64,000 bases of DNA from the human T2T-CHM13v2.0 reference genome, Homo sapiens: the NCBI RefSeq assembly GCF_009914755.1, contig NC_060930.1; one strand, given 5' to 3'. Position numbers and translations under genes: made by a program. Under the pieces are notes generated by a model. That model made no database searches, was not told where the DNA came from, and worked only from the letters and a program-made list of their open reading frames with translations. Positions 13,240 to 32,250 of this stretch are shown here, piece after piece. Within the stretch, counting starts at the first letter, position 1. Every line of letters begins with the position of its first letter.

Positions 13240-14230
13240 TTATATATGTAGACTGGCAGCAATGAGGAGCTCTGCAGAATCAGTCCCCAGTGAAAGAACC
13301 ATAGCTGGTAGAAATAACAAAAACAACAATCACTTAAAGTCTCTGGAAATTATTCTAAGCCAGTGAGGGAATATTTATTCAAGAAAATCTAATTAATCTC
13401 AGTTATAACAGTGGGACTCTGTGGCACTTGAGGCACAACTCTCTCCCTTCCCTAACCCCCCGCTGAGACTGACAGTGGTTCCACTCTGGGCATGTATGGC
13501 CAAGAAGATGGGGCACTCTCTTCCCACAGCTGCCAGTCAAGGGTTATGGTGTACCCTCTCTCACTGTGGGTCCCCTGTATTTCTTATCTCCCACCCAAGA
13601 TCAGTGTTTCTGAGGCTAAAATCCAAGCAAGTGTGGCCTAGAGGTAGGGGGCTTTCTTCTTCTACCCACCCTCCACTCACAGAGCCATGCTCTACGGTAG
13701 GCATGGCAGGCTGAGAATACAGGGGTCTCTCCTGCTCTCATTTCAGCTCACAGGGCAGAAGTTTTGCACCAGATGAGGCAAGCCAAGACCAGAGGCTGCT
13801 GTCACTGTCTAGTCCCTAGCTTCAGAGCAGTGGGTTAGAGATTTTTTTCCCAGGGGAAGAGGCAGGCCACAGGACATAGAGTTCTAAAGCTCTACCCAAA
13901 GGAACTGACTTTGTTTAGACACACTTGGGGAAGTTCAAGCCAAAGGGCACTCTAGAAAACAATGAGAATTTTGGTGTTAAGAAGAAGGCTGTAGCCATGA
14001 AGGCAACAAATTAAACTGTAGACCATCTACTTTACCAGAGAGATCCAAGAAAAGAGACAGCTATGGAGAGCCTTTCTGGAGACAGGGTAAACTTCATAGT
14101 CTGGCCAAAGAAACTATCCATGCAAAGGAACCTACATTTAATTGAATCAGACTGTGGAATAATTTACACCACCAGGCATTGTTGACAACAATAGAACAAT
14201 CATCAGGCAATTAATAGAGACTAATTACTA
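13240..14230 (+). mobile_element. Probable old L1M 5'-region fragment
   Basis: Degraded L1M-like 5' sequence; boundaries approximate. Confidence 0.35.
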
Positions 14231-14718
14231 ACTTCCAGTGAAGTATAGAAATGTTACTCCTATTTTGCTCTATTACATCTTTTAACTTTTTGTGGTACTA
14301 ATGTTATAAATGTTATATCTGTATATATTACAAATATAGCAATAGATTGTTATGATTACTATGTTACATAATTTTATGTCTGCTAAGGAAGTTGAGAGAA
14401 GAAGAGCAAATGTACATTTATATGTTTTGTTATATGACTTTCCTTTTATCATTTCTGGGTTGCTCTTCATCTATTCCCTTGGATTCCTTTGTTCTGCTAT
14501 TGCTAAATGTATTACATTTTTATATGGTATAGGCTGAACAACACTATTATATAAAAGTTGTTTTATACAATTTTTTTAAATACATTAATAGAAAAAAAGA
14601 CATTTTCTCATAATCACAATGCAATAGATCTAACAAAATTAACAGTAATTCCCCAATATCATCCAGCCCTTAGTCTTTAAATGCATTTCCAGAATTGCTA
14701 AGAAAATTTTAGCTAAAA

Positions 14719-15029
14719 GGCCAGGTGTGGTGGCTCACACCTGTAATCCCAGCACTTTGGTAGGCCGAGGCAGGTGGATCACCTGAGGCCAGGAGTTCCA
14801 GACCAGCCTGACCAACGTGGTGAAACCCCGTCTCTACTAAAAGTACAAAAATTAGCCAGACATAGTGGTGTGCACCTGTAATCCCAGCTACTCGGGAGGC
14901 TGAGGCAGGAGAATCACTTGAACCTAGGAGGTGGAGGTTGCAGAGGGGCCGAGATCATGCCATTGCACTCCAGCCTGGGCAACAGAGCAAGACTCCATCT
15001 CAAAAAAAAAAAAGGGAGGGGGGTGGTGG
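14719..15029 (+). mobile_element. AluS with G-rich tail extension
   Basis: Dimeric Alu with TSD AATTTTAGCTAAAA at 14705-14718 and 15030-15043. Confidence 0.92.
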
Positions 15030-16351
15030 AATTTTAGCTAAAAAAGAAAATATTTAAAATTCTATGGAGGGTGTGAAAGTAAAGATAACTTATTGACTGA
15101 TCAGAGAGGGAACTCATTTTCTTCCACGTATTTGTCATATTTTGTCATATTTTAACCCCATGCTTTTAAAAATAGATGCCTATTTTGATTGTATTCTGGT
15201 TCTTTTTTTTGGAAGATTACCAGAAGAAGGGCAAAGGATTTTTTATGTTTTGTTACTGTGCTATATTTCTTTGTTCTTAGCAGCTCTAGGGAAAGGTTTG
15301 GTAGCAAGAAGTATGAAAAATACTGGTTAGAAAGAGTTTCTAGCCTTCTACCTAATACTTAGTGTTACAAGTATAGCCAGGAACTGAGTGTAAGTGGTGA
15401 AGAAGACAGCACACAGAGATTGTGATCTAATTGAAATAATTTTTGAAAAATGCTATGACATTTTCCAGATAACCTACATTTAAAGCAATGTTCCTCAAAT
15501 GGGATTTGAAATAGAAAGAATGTCTGAATCACCTAGGGACATTTTCAGAATACATATGCTCACCCCTGCAAGTGCTGATCAGGATGTGAACAGAAGGATG
15601 AGATGCTGAGGCAGTGGGCGTACACATTCTGAAAACACTACTCCTCATGTAGCTTGGCTCCCCTTCCATCCCCCGATAAGAAAAAGTACAAGAACCATTG
15701 ATTTAAACACATCTAAGTTACCTTTCATGATATTCATGATCTAAATAACTCCATGATATTACGGGGTTATTTGTTTCTTAAAAGTCACTTTGAACTAAAC
15801 TATAGTAAGTCAGTCATTTTTAAGGATATAATTTTAATTTAATAAGCATATTAATAACTCATTGTTACAAATCAAAAGAAAGGAAAGTTTATTTTCTCTG
15901 GGGAAATGCCCAGCCATGACTCCACTTATAAAATACATAAGAGATGTGACTGTGTTGTCCCAAGCACTCATTTCTGTGAGCAAGATGTATCTTCTTGTGG
16001 CTTAATGTTTCTATTATGTTATGTATATTCAATAACAGAAATTTGTCTCCATAGTGAACTTTGGAAATCTTTTAAAATTGGAACAAATTGTTGGCCTTTG
16101 ACAAACAAGTTGTCTAAGCTTTGTCAGATGAATTTTGCGTGCACCAGGAAGTCTGGCTACTTGGGTTCCAGTTAGAGCTGGGGATATTTGTTTATTCTTT
16201 TATTGGTGGTCTTTTTAAGTTTGAGTGCCAATTTAGTAATAATCTTTGCTGAAATAGATCTCAGAACATGATGTATCAAAAATATTCCAGAAAGCCTTGC
16301 TTTGGGGATTTAGGTTTGAATGTAGGTAACATTTCTGTTTTCTTTTGACAG

Positions 16352-16447
16352 ATTTTTGGAGCATATGCAACTCATCCTTTCAAGTTCAGTGACCACTATT
16401 ATGGCACAGGCGAAACTTTTCTCTACACATTCAGCCCTCATTTTAAG
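16352..16447 (+). CDS. NCOA7: NCOA7 TLDc exon (IFGAYATHPFKFSDHYYGTGETFLYTFSPHFK)
   Basis: Acceptor TTTTGACAG, donor AAG|GTACCT, 96 nt. Contains the FGA and YGTGETF TLDc motifs. Confidence 0.96.
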
Positions 16448-16862
16448 GTACCTAGATAGGAGAAATATCCAACTCCCATATGTCACAGTGTCCTCAGTTG
16501 GGGAAGGGGATAGGCATTGGGGCAGCTAGCTGTCCTGTAACTTCTCCTGAACTGACTCCGGGCTGGGTCAGCCCTTTATGACTGTAGCTCGCAAACTGCT
16601 TAGCGTCCCTGGCCTTCTGGGCTGCTCAGGCTGGGATCCAGAGAGTCGCAGGTCAGAGCCACCACGTGTCTGAAAGGTCTTCCTTCCTTCGTAACCCCTT
16701 GGGAGATCTCATCCTGGTGTGGGCCAGGTCTGGCAGTCAGGAACTTCCTCCGTCAATGGGGTGAGGTGGTTCCCTTTTACATATAGATACTATTTCATAT
16801 TTCCTCATTGCTAATTCTCCAGATTAAAATGTCTGTTTTCTTTTTTGTGTTTCTTCCCCAAG

Positions 16863-16936
16863 GTCTTTAAGTGGAGTGGAGAAAATTCATACTTTATCAA
16901 TGGAGACATAAGTTCTTTAGAACTTGGTGGTGGAGG
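16863..16936 (+). CDS. NCOA7: NCOA7 TLDc exon (VFKWSGENSYFINGDISSLELGGG)
   Basis: Acceptor TTCTTCCCCAAG, donor GG|GTAAGG, 74 nt ending in phase 2. Confidence 0.95.
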
Positions 16937-17324
16937 GTAAGGTTTTTTTTGTTTTTGTTTTCTTATTGTTATTTTACCACCTGACCTGAGTGGGTCTGTT
17001 TTGACCTACGTAGTTAAAACTTCGGTGTCAGGTTATTTTAGCTAGTCCATGTGCTTAGATGAATTAGGACAGAGGCTAACACAGAATGGCCTAACTAAGA
17101 ATCAAAGATAGAATATTTATGTGTCTAATGAGAGACTGTTACCACTTGTCTTTTAGGAAGACTGGTCATTTAAATGAAATAAAGGAAATGTATCCTGGTT
17201 TTATAAGCAGTTTAGAATTTTGCCTGTCAGTAGTATAAAGGAAAGAAGATGGGGGCAAGAGAGAATAGTGTGTCATGTAACATAGAAGTGTTTTTACCTT
17301 TTTTTTTTTTTTTAACCTTTTCAG

Positions 17325-17460
17325 GGGACGATTTGGTTTATGGCTAGATGCTGATTTATACCACGGACGAAGCAACTCTTGCAGCACTTTCAATAATGAT
17401 ATTCTTTCCAAAAAGGAAGACTTCATAGTTCAGGATCTGGAGGTGTGGGCATTTGATTGA
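17325..17460 (+). CDS. NCOA7: NCOA7 last coding exon ([44 protein letters not shown])
   Basis: Long polypyrimidine tract plus CAG, phase-2 entry, TGA at 17458-17460. TLDc C-terminus GLWLD...S.TF.N...EVW. Confidence 0.96.
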
Positions 17461-19800
<2,340 letters not shown>

Positions 19801-20412
19801 TTTTCTTTCCCAAAGATTCATTCATCAGGTATTTACTGGGTACCAGAGTGTTTATTTTTGTGAGAGGATGGTGAAATATCCAAGACTAAACAAGGTCCAG
19901 AGCTCATGTTTTCACTGCTGCCCTGGAAACTCCCTCTTCATTCCCTGTAGCCACCCTCCTAATTGTCTCATCAGTTCACGGAAACTGCTCTCATTATGGT
20001 TACCAGAGACAACTCTTGGCTGTATCTACCAGTCTCTTCTAATCTTTCTAGCTGTGCAATGAATGACAACCTCCTCCTCTTAACATCTGTCTTAACCTAC
20101 TTCATAATTTCCGTAAGGGACACTTTACTCTCTGATAAATTTTCTTTGGCATCCTGACACCTAGCCCCTAGATGTCGGGCTAGATGAAGACCCCAAGCAG
20201 TCTTCATTGCTTCATAATTCCTCAGTTCATAAGTCCATATCAAAGGACTTGGGTGGGAGGAGGCAACCAAATGTTTCTTCAGACTCTACTGAAAATGATT
20301 AGATGCATCCCCGTGCTACAAGCCACCAGAGACATCCTGCACTATTATAAGTATGTCTTCCCTTAATTTGATCTCCCTCTCCTTGATGCCTTTTAAAGTT
20401 TTAGAGACACAT

Positions 20413-20771
20413 TGATATGGTTTGGCTGTGTGTCCCCACCAACATCTCATTGGAATTATAATCCCCACATGTTGAGGGAGGGACCTAGTGGGATGTGATT
20501 AGAACATGGGGGCGGTTTCCCCCATGCTGTTCTCATGATAGTGAGGGAGTTTTCATGAGATCTGTTTTAAAATGTTTGGCAGTTCCACCCTCACCCTCTC
20601 TTCTGCTGCCATGTAAGATGTGCCTTGCTTCCCCTTTGCCTTCTGCCATGATTGTAAATTTCCTGACGCCTACCCAGCCATGTGAAACTGTGAGTCCATT
20701 AAACCTCTTTTCTTTATAAATAACCCAGTCTCAGGTAGTTCTTTATAGTAGTGTGAAAATGGACTAATACA
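20413..20771 (+). mobile_element. MST-family MaLR solo LTR
   Basis: TGATATGGTTTGG...GGACTAATACA termini, with TSD CACAT at 20408-20412 and 20772-20776. Confidence 0.85.
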
Positions 20772-21315
20772 CACATGAAACAGCATTAATGAAAGAATTA
20801 CTCTCCTTTTGAGGAAGCCATTGAGAATCTCTTAAGCCAGAAAGGAGTGTTACGTTTCATGTTTTTCTTAGGATGCCTAACCTATTTTTACCAATTTAAT
20901 TCGATACAGAAAGGTAAGGAGGTCAGAAACCAAGGGAAATTCCAGAAAACTCAAGGGAAGCCACACTCATTTCTTGTGCATGTATCAAAAGTGCCTTTGA
21001 CCACTTCCTTCTGCCCAATGAGGTCACTTACTCTTAATCAGAGAAAGCCCTGACTTCAAAGCATCACATTCTCTGTCACCTCCTGGCCTATGACCATTAT
21101 CCATAGTGAGCCCCTAACAGAAGGTGTTTTTACTGAAAAAAAAATAAGCTTCATTCTTCACACCAAACTCTTAAGATCTTATTCCCTTTCTATTTCAAAT
21201 CTCTAGTGGTTCAGAATAAAAATGAGATATGAGCTATCTGGTATGGTCAATCAAGCCATCAAGATGTTGTCTCTTGATAGAATATCTTTGAGGACTTTTG
21301 GTTTCTCTCTTAGAT

Positions 21316-21516
21316 CAGCACTGTTCAATAGAACATTCTACAATGATAGAAATGTTTCATGAATTTTCACTGTCCTTAATGGTAGCCCCTAGCTACCATA
21401 CTAATGTTGAACAATTGAAATGTGCCTTGGGTGACTGAGGAGCTGAACTTTTTATTTAATTTTAGTTTATTTAAATAGCCACACGTGACTGGTGGCTACC
21501 ACATTAAACAGCACAG
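21316..21516. mobile_element. MER3-like hAT DNA transposon
   Basis: CAGCACTGTTCAATAGAAC...GGTGGCTACCACATTAAACAGCACAG termini. Confidence 0.6.
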
Positions 21517-21803
21517 CTCTAGATCTAGATGTTATTGCCAAATTATATTTTCATTGGCAATTAAGTCAGACTATGACTCCTTCACCAGAAGAGAACCTTT
21601 ACTTCCAAGCACTTTGTCTATGCCATTACAGATCTTCATACAGGTTGGTACCACCTAAGGTTATCTACTATGTCTCTCACTGTTTAGGTAGTCAGCTTAT
21701 AAAGTGACGAGAGAGCTGAGTTCCCTAACAGTCTCCCTAAACTGAAAAATTGGATCTACATAGGATTACAGGTCCCCATCTCTAATCAAAGGTAATGAAA
21801 ACT

Positions 21804-22456
<653 letters not shown>

Positions 22457-23553
22457 AAAGGTAATGAAAGCCTCTCCTAGTGCCCAGGCCTTGTCTGACA
22501 TAAAGTTTTCCTGACACGGCCTTCATCACGTGTTTTTGTTCCTGTGCTGGGCATTCCTCCACTTATGGCAGCACTGTAGTATACCATATCCCTTACCAGG
22601 CACCCTCTACAGTGCACGATGGTCCACTGAAAATAAAAACAACCCATTCCTTACATAGAATTGTGCATTCAGTCCCAAACCAACAGAAATAATGGAATGT
22701 CTCAGAATGCCTCACACGGTGCTATTCAGTGACCAATGAAAATTCAGTGATCAACCTTCCTTACCAAGTTTGGCACCTGGGATGCCCACTAGCCCTTCAA
22801 AGAACCTGCCTGTACATGGAGAAAGTTTTCAATAGCAACTTGTTAGAATAAAAGGCAATCAAAAGCCATAGGGCAGAACCCATTAGATAACTTTAGTGTC
22901 CTATTTACCATCAACAAGGGCCCATCATTTCATCAATCTCTTCATTTCTAGGGTTAGAAAAAGTAACCCTGATCTAGCTTGACATAACCCTTGAGGAAAA
23001 TGCTAAACAAGAAACACAAGAAACATGTTCACTGTCAACAAGCTTAGGTGATAAAGCATGTCTTCTTGTGCCTCTGCAGCTAAAAAAATATCCTCACCTT
23101 GACATCACTTTGAAAATACAGGAATTCAGTCAAACAATTCAGCTTTCCATCTCCATGGCAGTCCTTCTTGGCTTAACATTATTTTCTACTGGCTGATGGA
23201 TCAGTCACATTTTACCCCACAGTTGCCTGAGATCAGCCCTTCTAGGTTTAAAGACAGCAATTAAGAAGAATGTTTCAACAAAGATATGCTGTTATGCTGT
23301 GTTGAGGTTTTGTGTCGAACTTGAGAGCTGTTAAAAGGCCCTATTACTCCATGTGCAACGAGGCCCAGACTTGTTCTCTTGTAGCATCTTGTTTTTCTAT
23401 TAGATCCTCCAAAAGGTCAGAAAAGTGGATAGGTTTGACCTGGAAGTATCCTAGAAAGAGCTTGGGGTATATGATATGAGCACCTTTGCAGGTTATATAA
23501 TTAGGTCACCCAGGTAGACTATGCTAAAAATTTCTAAAGACTTCAAGAAACAT

Positions 23554-23903
<350 letters not shown>

Positions 23904-23994
23904 CTAGAGTCAGACGTCCAAATTTTGAATCTCAGCTCTAGAGCTTACTAGCTATATGACTAGCTATTTTACCTCTATATGCTTCAATTTTCTT

Positions 23995-25899
<1,905 letters not shown>

Positions 25900-26636
25900 T
25901 CATAATTATACAATGATTAATGCACTTAAAGTAGCCTGGCATAAAGTAAGCATTACTAAGCACTAGATAAATAAAATAATGGAGAAATTCCTTCATCTTA
26001 TGGAGGAATCACCTAGTGATGTAACTAACAGTTGCAAAGGAAAGTTCAACTTTTAAGATAATAACTTATTTAGTTTTTAAAACTAATTTCAGAAATATTG
26101 TAATGCCTCTTATTTGCTGTTTAAAGTCTTTAACTAAGGTTTTGTTTCCTTCTTTTTTAATTTAAAAGTAATATATGTTCACCATAAAATTTTTAAACAG
26201 TGCAGGAGAGAATTCAGTAAAAGGCAATGTTTCCCTTCCTACAATTTCAGTGGTAACAATCACAAAAATTCTGTTTCTTTATAGAGCATTATTATGCATA
26301 TATAAGCTAATTTATATCTTCTTCATGTAAAAGGAAATGTACTCTATATACTATTCTTCGGTTTGCCTCTTTAACAATATGACGTGACCATTTTATATCA
26401 ATATATGTAGGCATCTCATCCTTCATTGCATGGGTCTGTCATTGTTTAAACAGTTTTCATTAATGGACCCTTTTTTGGCTATTACAAACAATTCTTAGGA
26501 ACAACCTTGTATCTAGAGCTTTGTGCATTTATGAATTGTATATTTTTAGGATAATTTTTATTAGTGAGTCAGAGTAAAAGCACCTTTTATTTTATAACAC
26601 ACTATCAATTATTCCTCCTCAAAAATTATATTAGTT

Positions 26637-26955
<319 letters not shown>

Positions 26956-27259
26956 TTACATTAGTTTACATCAACTGTGTATGAGCATGCCAGTTACTAC
27001 ACACCCTCACCAATACAGGTTATGTCAATCTCTTTTTATTCTTTGCTCAAATGATATCTATTTTAATTTTCACTCTTTAATCATAAATGAGGTTGAACAT
27101 CTTTCCACATGTATTGCCTATTTGTATGTCTTTTTTCTTGAATAGTCTGTCCATGTCCTTTGTCAATTTTTTATTCAGTTGTTCTTGCTGATTTGTAAGT
27201 GTTCTTTGTATATTCACAAACTTAGTCCTTTGTCATATATATTGGAAATATTTTGCTAG

Positions 27260-27585
<326 letters not shown>

Positions 27586-27659
27586 TTATACATGAGTTTA
27601 TAATAATTTCTTTGTAGTCAGATTTATAATTTCCTTTATAATTTCTAGACCATACTTTT

Positions 27660-28362
27660 TCAACTCAAGTCTGAGGACTAAGCTCTGATTTTTTCATCTT
27701 ACCCAAATTCCTACCTAAGGGGTCTGGGGAGTCAAGCCCTACAAACCATAAATTATCATCAGATGGTTTTATTTGATGCTATATATTGTGACTTACTTTT
27801 CCATCTGACTCTGGCATAACATTGTGAGACAAGGAAAAAATATTTAACCTCAAAATATATTTCCTTGCCATACCCTGAAATTGCCCTGCAAAGTTTCTTG
27901 TGGGAAAAACCCACATTCTATAGAGCCTCCCCTTCCCCCTTTGTTTTCCTTCCTTTCTTTCCAGATCCAGGAGATAATCAACTAAGAGTCAGGCACGCTT
28001 CTAAGTCCAATAAGAAACAATTTACAACCTGCTCTCTCTGAAGGCTGCTGAGAGCTTCCTCTGCACAATAAAACTTGGTCTCCACAATCCTTTATCTTTA
28101 ACCTGAACATTCCTTTCTATCGATCCCAGGTCTTTAGACAAACTCAACCAATTGTCAACCAGAAAATGTTTAAATTTGCCTATAGCCTGGAAGCCCCTGC
28201 TTTGAGTTGTCCCACCTTTCAGAACCAAACCAATGTATTACTTAAATGTATTTGATTGATGTTTCATGCCTTCCTAAAATATATAAAACCAAGCTGTACC
28301 CCAGCCACCTTGGGCACATGTTCTCAGGACCTGAGGGCTGTGTCATGGGCCATGGTCATTCA
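27660..28362 (+). mobile_element. MER4-group ERV1 solo LTR
   Basis: CCTAAGGGGTCTGGGGAGTCA...CTACAAACCATAAA; ends GGCTCAGAATAAATCTC...TTTGACTCTTTTCATTAACA. Confidence 0.7.
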
Positions 28363-30581
28363 TATTTGGCTCAGAATAAATCTCTTAATATTTTTTACAG
28401 AGTTTGACTCTTTTCATTAACAAGTCAAATTTGTTCAGCATGATTTTCACTTCTCAAACATCTCCCAAAATTATGAACTAACACCATCTTTATCAAAATG
28501 CATCCTCTTGCTTCTTCTATGATAAATTGCATCTTACTCATACTTCAGAACATTGAGAAATAACCTTCCCGGAATCAATTTTACTTTGCACTGGCCTCTT
28601 AACGTTCCTTTAATGCATGTGAACATCTTCAGGAAAGATCTGAGGGCAAGAAATGAATGTTCACCTCAGTGACATCCTCTAGTGAGTAAGCTAGAGCTAA
28701 GCAAGGTTGATGAACAGATGTCTACCTAGATCTCCAGACTCTGTCACAATGCCTTGCTAAGGAGCAACTTATATACTAATAATAGTGATGAAGAGGAGGA
28801 GGAGGAGGACAGGTAACATTTACTTAGGATGACTATCAACCATCCTTTTTACATACATTATCTTATTTGATCTGCAAAAAGAAGACAGTACAATTATTAT
28901 CTCTGTTTTAGAGGTGAGGAAACTGATTCCTCAGGTTAGGTAACTTGTCTAATATCACAAAACTAATGAGGGTCACAGTGAGGATATCTCTGTTACATCG
29001 AGCCCCAGAGCTATTACATTGGGCCCCAGAGCTGACCTCTTTTATAATAGTATGCTAGCATTGTTCACTTTTCACAATGTTTCCACCACCTGGATACCCA
29101 CATTCTGCTTAGCCACCTTAGTTACCATGATGCACAGTCCTCTACTCTAGAAAGAAAGCTCCTGAATGGCTGGAAAACTCCTCTATGGCCAACTGTGTCT
29201 TACTCATCTTTATATCCCCAAAACCTGGTAGGGTGCATGGCACTTAGGAAGCTTTCAAGAAATGCTTGTCGGGTTTAACAGAATGGAAGTGCAGAAGTAA
29301 AGGAAATGAGCCCCAGGGAAGTTAATGGATTTGTCAAGTATTCTACAGCTAAAGGGCAGAGCTGGGACTAAAACACAGGGTTTGGATTCCCAGCTCTCCT
29401 CCCCTGCCCCACACACATTGCTGAATTACAGATTTACAAGGATTATTCTTGAGAGGAAGTACTGCGATGCAGGAAGGAATGATCCCCTTTCTAGCTGCTG
29501 GAGTTCTTCCCTTAAGGTTTTAAGGGTGAAAGTAAAAGAATGCTGGGGAGGAGATTTCTGGGTGATGGTTGTCCTCGGGGAGAATTCCTTTATTTTCATG
29601 TCTCTTATTAAGTTATTAGCATTCTGAAAAATGTAGACTAAAGGAAAATTCCAGGGCCTCAGGGCGTTAGGGTGTTGGCAGTGAGTCACATTCTGGGTTT
29701 CCAAAAATCATGCTTGGAAAATGGTTCAGAAGATTACTTAAATGAAGTTCAAACTCTCAATTCATTTTACACTTAGATGATAGAGTTGGGAGAAGAGTGC
29801 AAAGGCATGTGATTAACTGGATTCTCCAGTCCTAACTCGTTATGTTAATTTAGGAAGATGTATCTGGCAAAAAAAAAATGACATTTTATAAAAAGCATAT
29901 TTCATGAAACAGATAATCTAGGCAAAGCAGTACAGTACCTAGTACTGTGTAAGCATGAAAGAAATGTTAGGTAGGTCTTGGCACCTTCACTTATTAGCAC
30001 AAGTTACCTGAGCTCTCTCTGCCTCAGTTTCCTTATCTATAAAATGAGAGCAATACTACCTACCTCGAATAGAGAATTAAATGGGTTAATATATATAAAG
30101 TGTCATTACATTATATAGCTTTCCTTGTTAGAAACATACTCATTTCCTTTCCCTTCAAGACTGTTTCTAAGATTCATGTCATTAATGTAGATACGTTTCA
30201 CTTGTGTACGTGTGTGTGTTTGCTATTTCTCATGTGAACATACTTCTCTACCACTATTTATCTACTCTCCTGTCAGTGATAAGGTTGCTTGCAGTTTTGT
30301 GCTTTGGGGGTATGTGAATGTTTGGCTTTGTAAGGTAAATAACCTCACAAAGTTTTGCAAAGTGATTGCACCGTTTATATGCCTATCAGAGTATCTTGTC
30401 CAACACCCAATATTGTTAGACTTAGTTTTTGCCAGTCTCAAGCGTGTGTAATGTTATCTCACTGTGGCTTTAATTTGCATTTCTCTGATTACTAATGAGG
30501 ATGAGCATCTTTAAATGTGTTTCTTAGCCATTCTTGTTTTCTCTTTTGTGAGATCTCTTTTCATGTCTTCTGCCTGGTGAG

Positions 30582-30902
30582 TTTTTTGTTGTTGTTGTTG
30601 TTTGTTTGTTTTTGGCGAGACAGGGTCTCACTCTGTCACCCTGGTTGGAGTGCAGTGGCGCGATCTTGGCTCACTGCAACCTCTGCATCCCAGGCTCAAG
30701 TGATCCTCCCACTTCTCAGCCTCCTGAGACCTAGCTGGGACCACAGGCACGCACCACCACGCCTGGCTAATTGTTTGTGTTTTTTGGTAGAGACAGGGTT
30801 TCACCATGTTGCCCAGGCTGGTCTTGAACTCCTGAGCTCAGGCAATCCACCAGCCTCAGCCTTTCAAAGTGCTAGGATTACAGGCATGAGCCACTGTGCC
30901 CA
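30582..30902 (-). mobile_element. AluJ-like
   Basis: Dimeric Alu with a (TTG)n tail. Confidence 0.88.
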
Positions 30903-31997
30903 AACTGCCTGGTTTTTAAAGTCTGTCTTCTTGGAAGAGGTCACCTAATGTCCTTGCCATTCCTGCCTTAAAAATAATAGACATTCATCAGTCTGTTAAT
31001 CTTATATACTTCTGGTGAGGAAGACAAACGGTTAACATAATGGTGTCAGAGAGTCTCAGGCCCTACCAGGGTATTTTCTCAAAAGTCTCCCTTAAACAGG
31101 CAATATATAGAGAGAGGAATGAAAAAAGAAGATTTTTGTCAGTTTGTGTTTTACTTTGCATATCTGGACATATATTTGCGCTTATTAATTTGGTTATACG
31201 ACTTTTTTAAGGAAGTAGCATCCAGAAGTTCAGTTGTCATAAGAGTAAGCATTTACTGAACACTTATGTGCTAGGTACTATTCTAAGCACTCTACGTATA
31301 TTACTCCAGTCTTCATAATAACTTGTGATAGTCATGAATAGGTACTACTATTATTTTCCAGCTAAGGAAAATGGAAGCCATAAAAAATTAAATGATTTAT
31401 TTGAAGTGGAATCACTACTAAGTGGTAGAAATGGGCTTCAAATGGAGGGAGTCTGGATCCCCCAGTCTATGCCTTAAACCACCAGGATAACTACAGGAAA
31501 TAGCAAGTTAGTGGGGAGTACAGCAGAAAGCAGGAGGCTGTGGTGAGACGGAATTCAGGGAATTGGTGGGCCGCTAGAGTAGGCTGGTTAGAGAAGGAAG
31601 TAAAGATGGGAGGGTGGCTGGAAGAGTTAAAGAGAGAAAGATCAAGAACAGAAATTGCTACCATGTCAGGAGAGTATAAAAGTTGCTAGGACATGTGCTG
31701 ACAGAGCTGTGAACAGTCATTGTTCAGGTTTCCAGATAATCTCAGTGATTATAAAGTTTGGATTTGCCACAGGGGTGAGTTGTGTTAAAGAGGAATAGAG
31801 GCAAAGGGCATTGAAATCCAGGAGTTTGAGAAGCGGTGAGTCATGGACAGTGAAGTTGTCTAAGATAACGGCAGGAGCTTGGCAGTGTTTGTTAGCCAGG
31901 TGCTGAAGTTCTCTGTGAATCTAGGAGTGATCTAGAAGCAGGTAGATGAAGGTGATTATGTTCCATGCTATAGCACGAGACTCCAAAGAGGGCAGAG

Positions 31998-32250
31998 GGC
32001 TGGGCACTGTGGCTCATGCCTGTAATCCCAGTACTTTGGGAAGCCGAGGTGGGTGGATCACCTGAGGTCAGGAGTTCAAGACAACCCTGGCCCACCTGAT
32101 GAAACTCTGTCTCTACCAAAAATACAAAATTAGCCAGGCTTGATGGCGCACGCTTGTAATACCGGCTACTTGGGAGGATGAGGCAGAAGAATTGCTTGAA
32201 CCGAAGAGGTGGAGGTTGCAGTGAGCTGAGATCGCACCATTGCACTTGGG
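31998..32250 (+). mobile_element. AluS, 3'-truncated
   Basis: Alu similarity stops after CACCATTGCACT; no A tail. Confidence 0.85.

Noticed and set aside
30517-30948. 143-aa ORF (and similar ORFs at 18731, 31892, 49057, 61628)
   Set aside because: Antisense-Alu-derived reading frames with typical Alu peptides.
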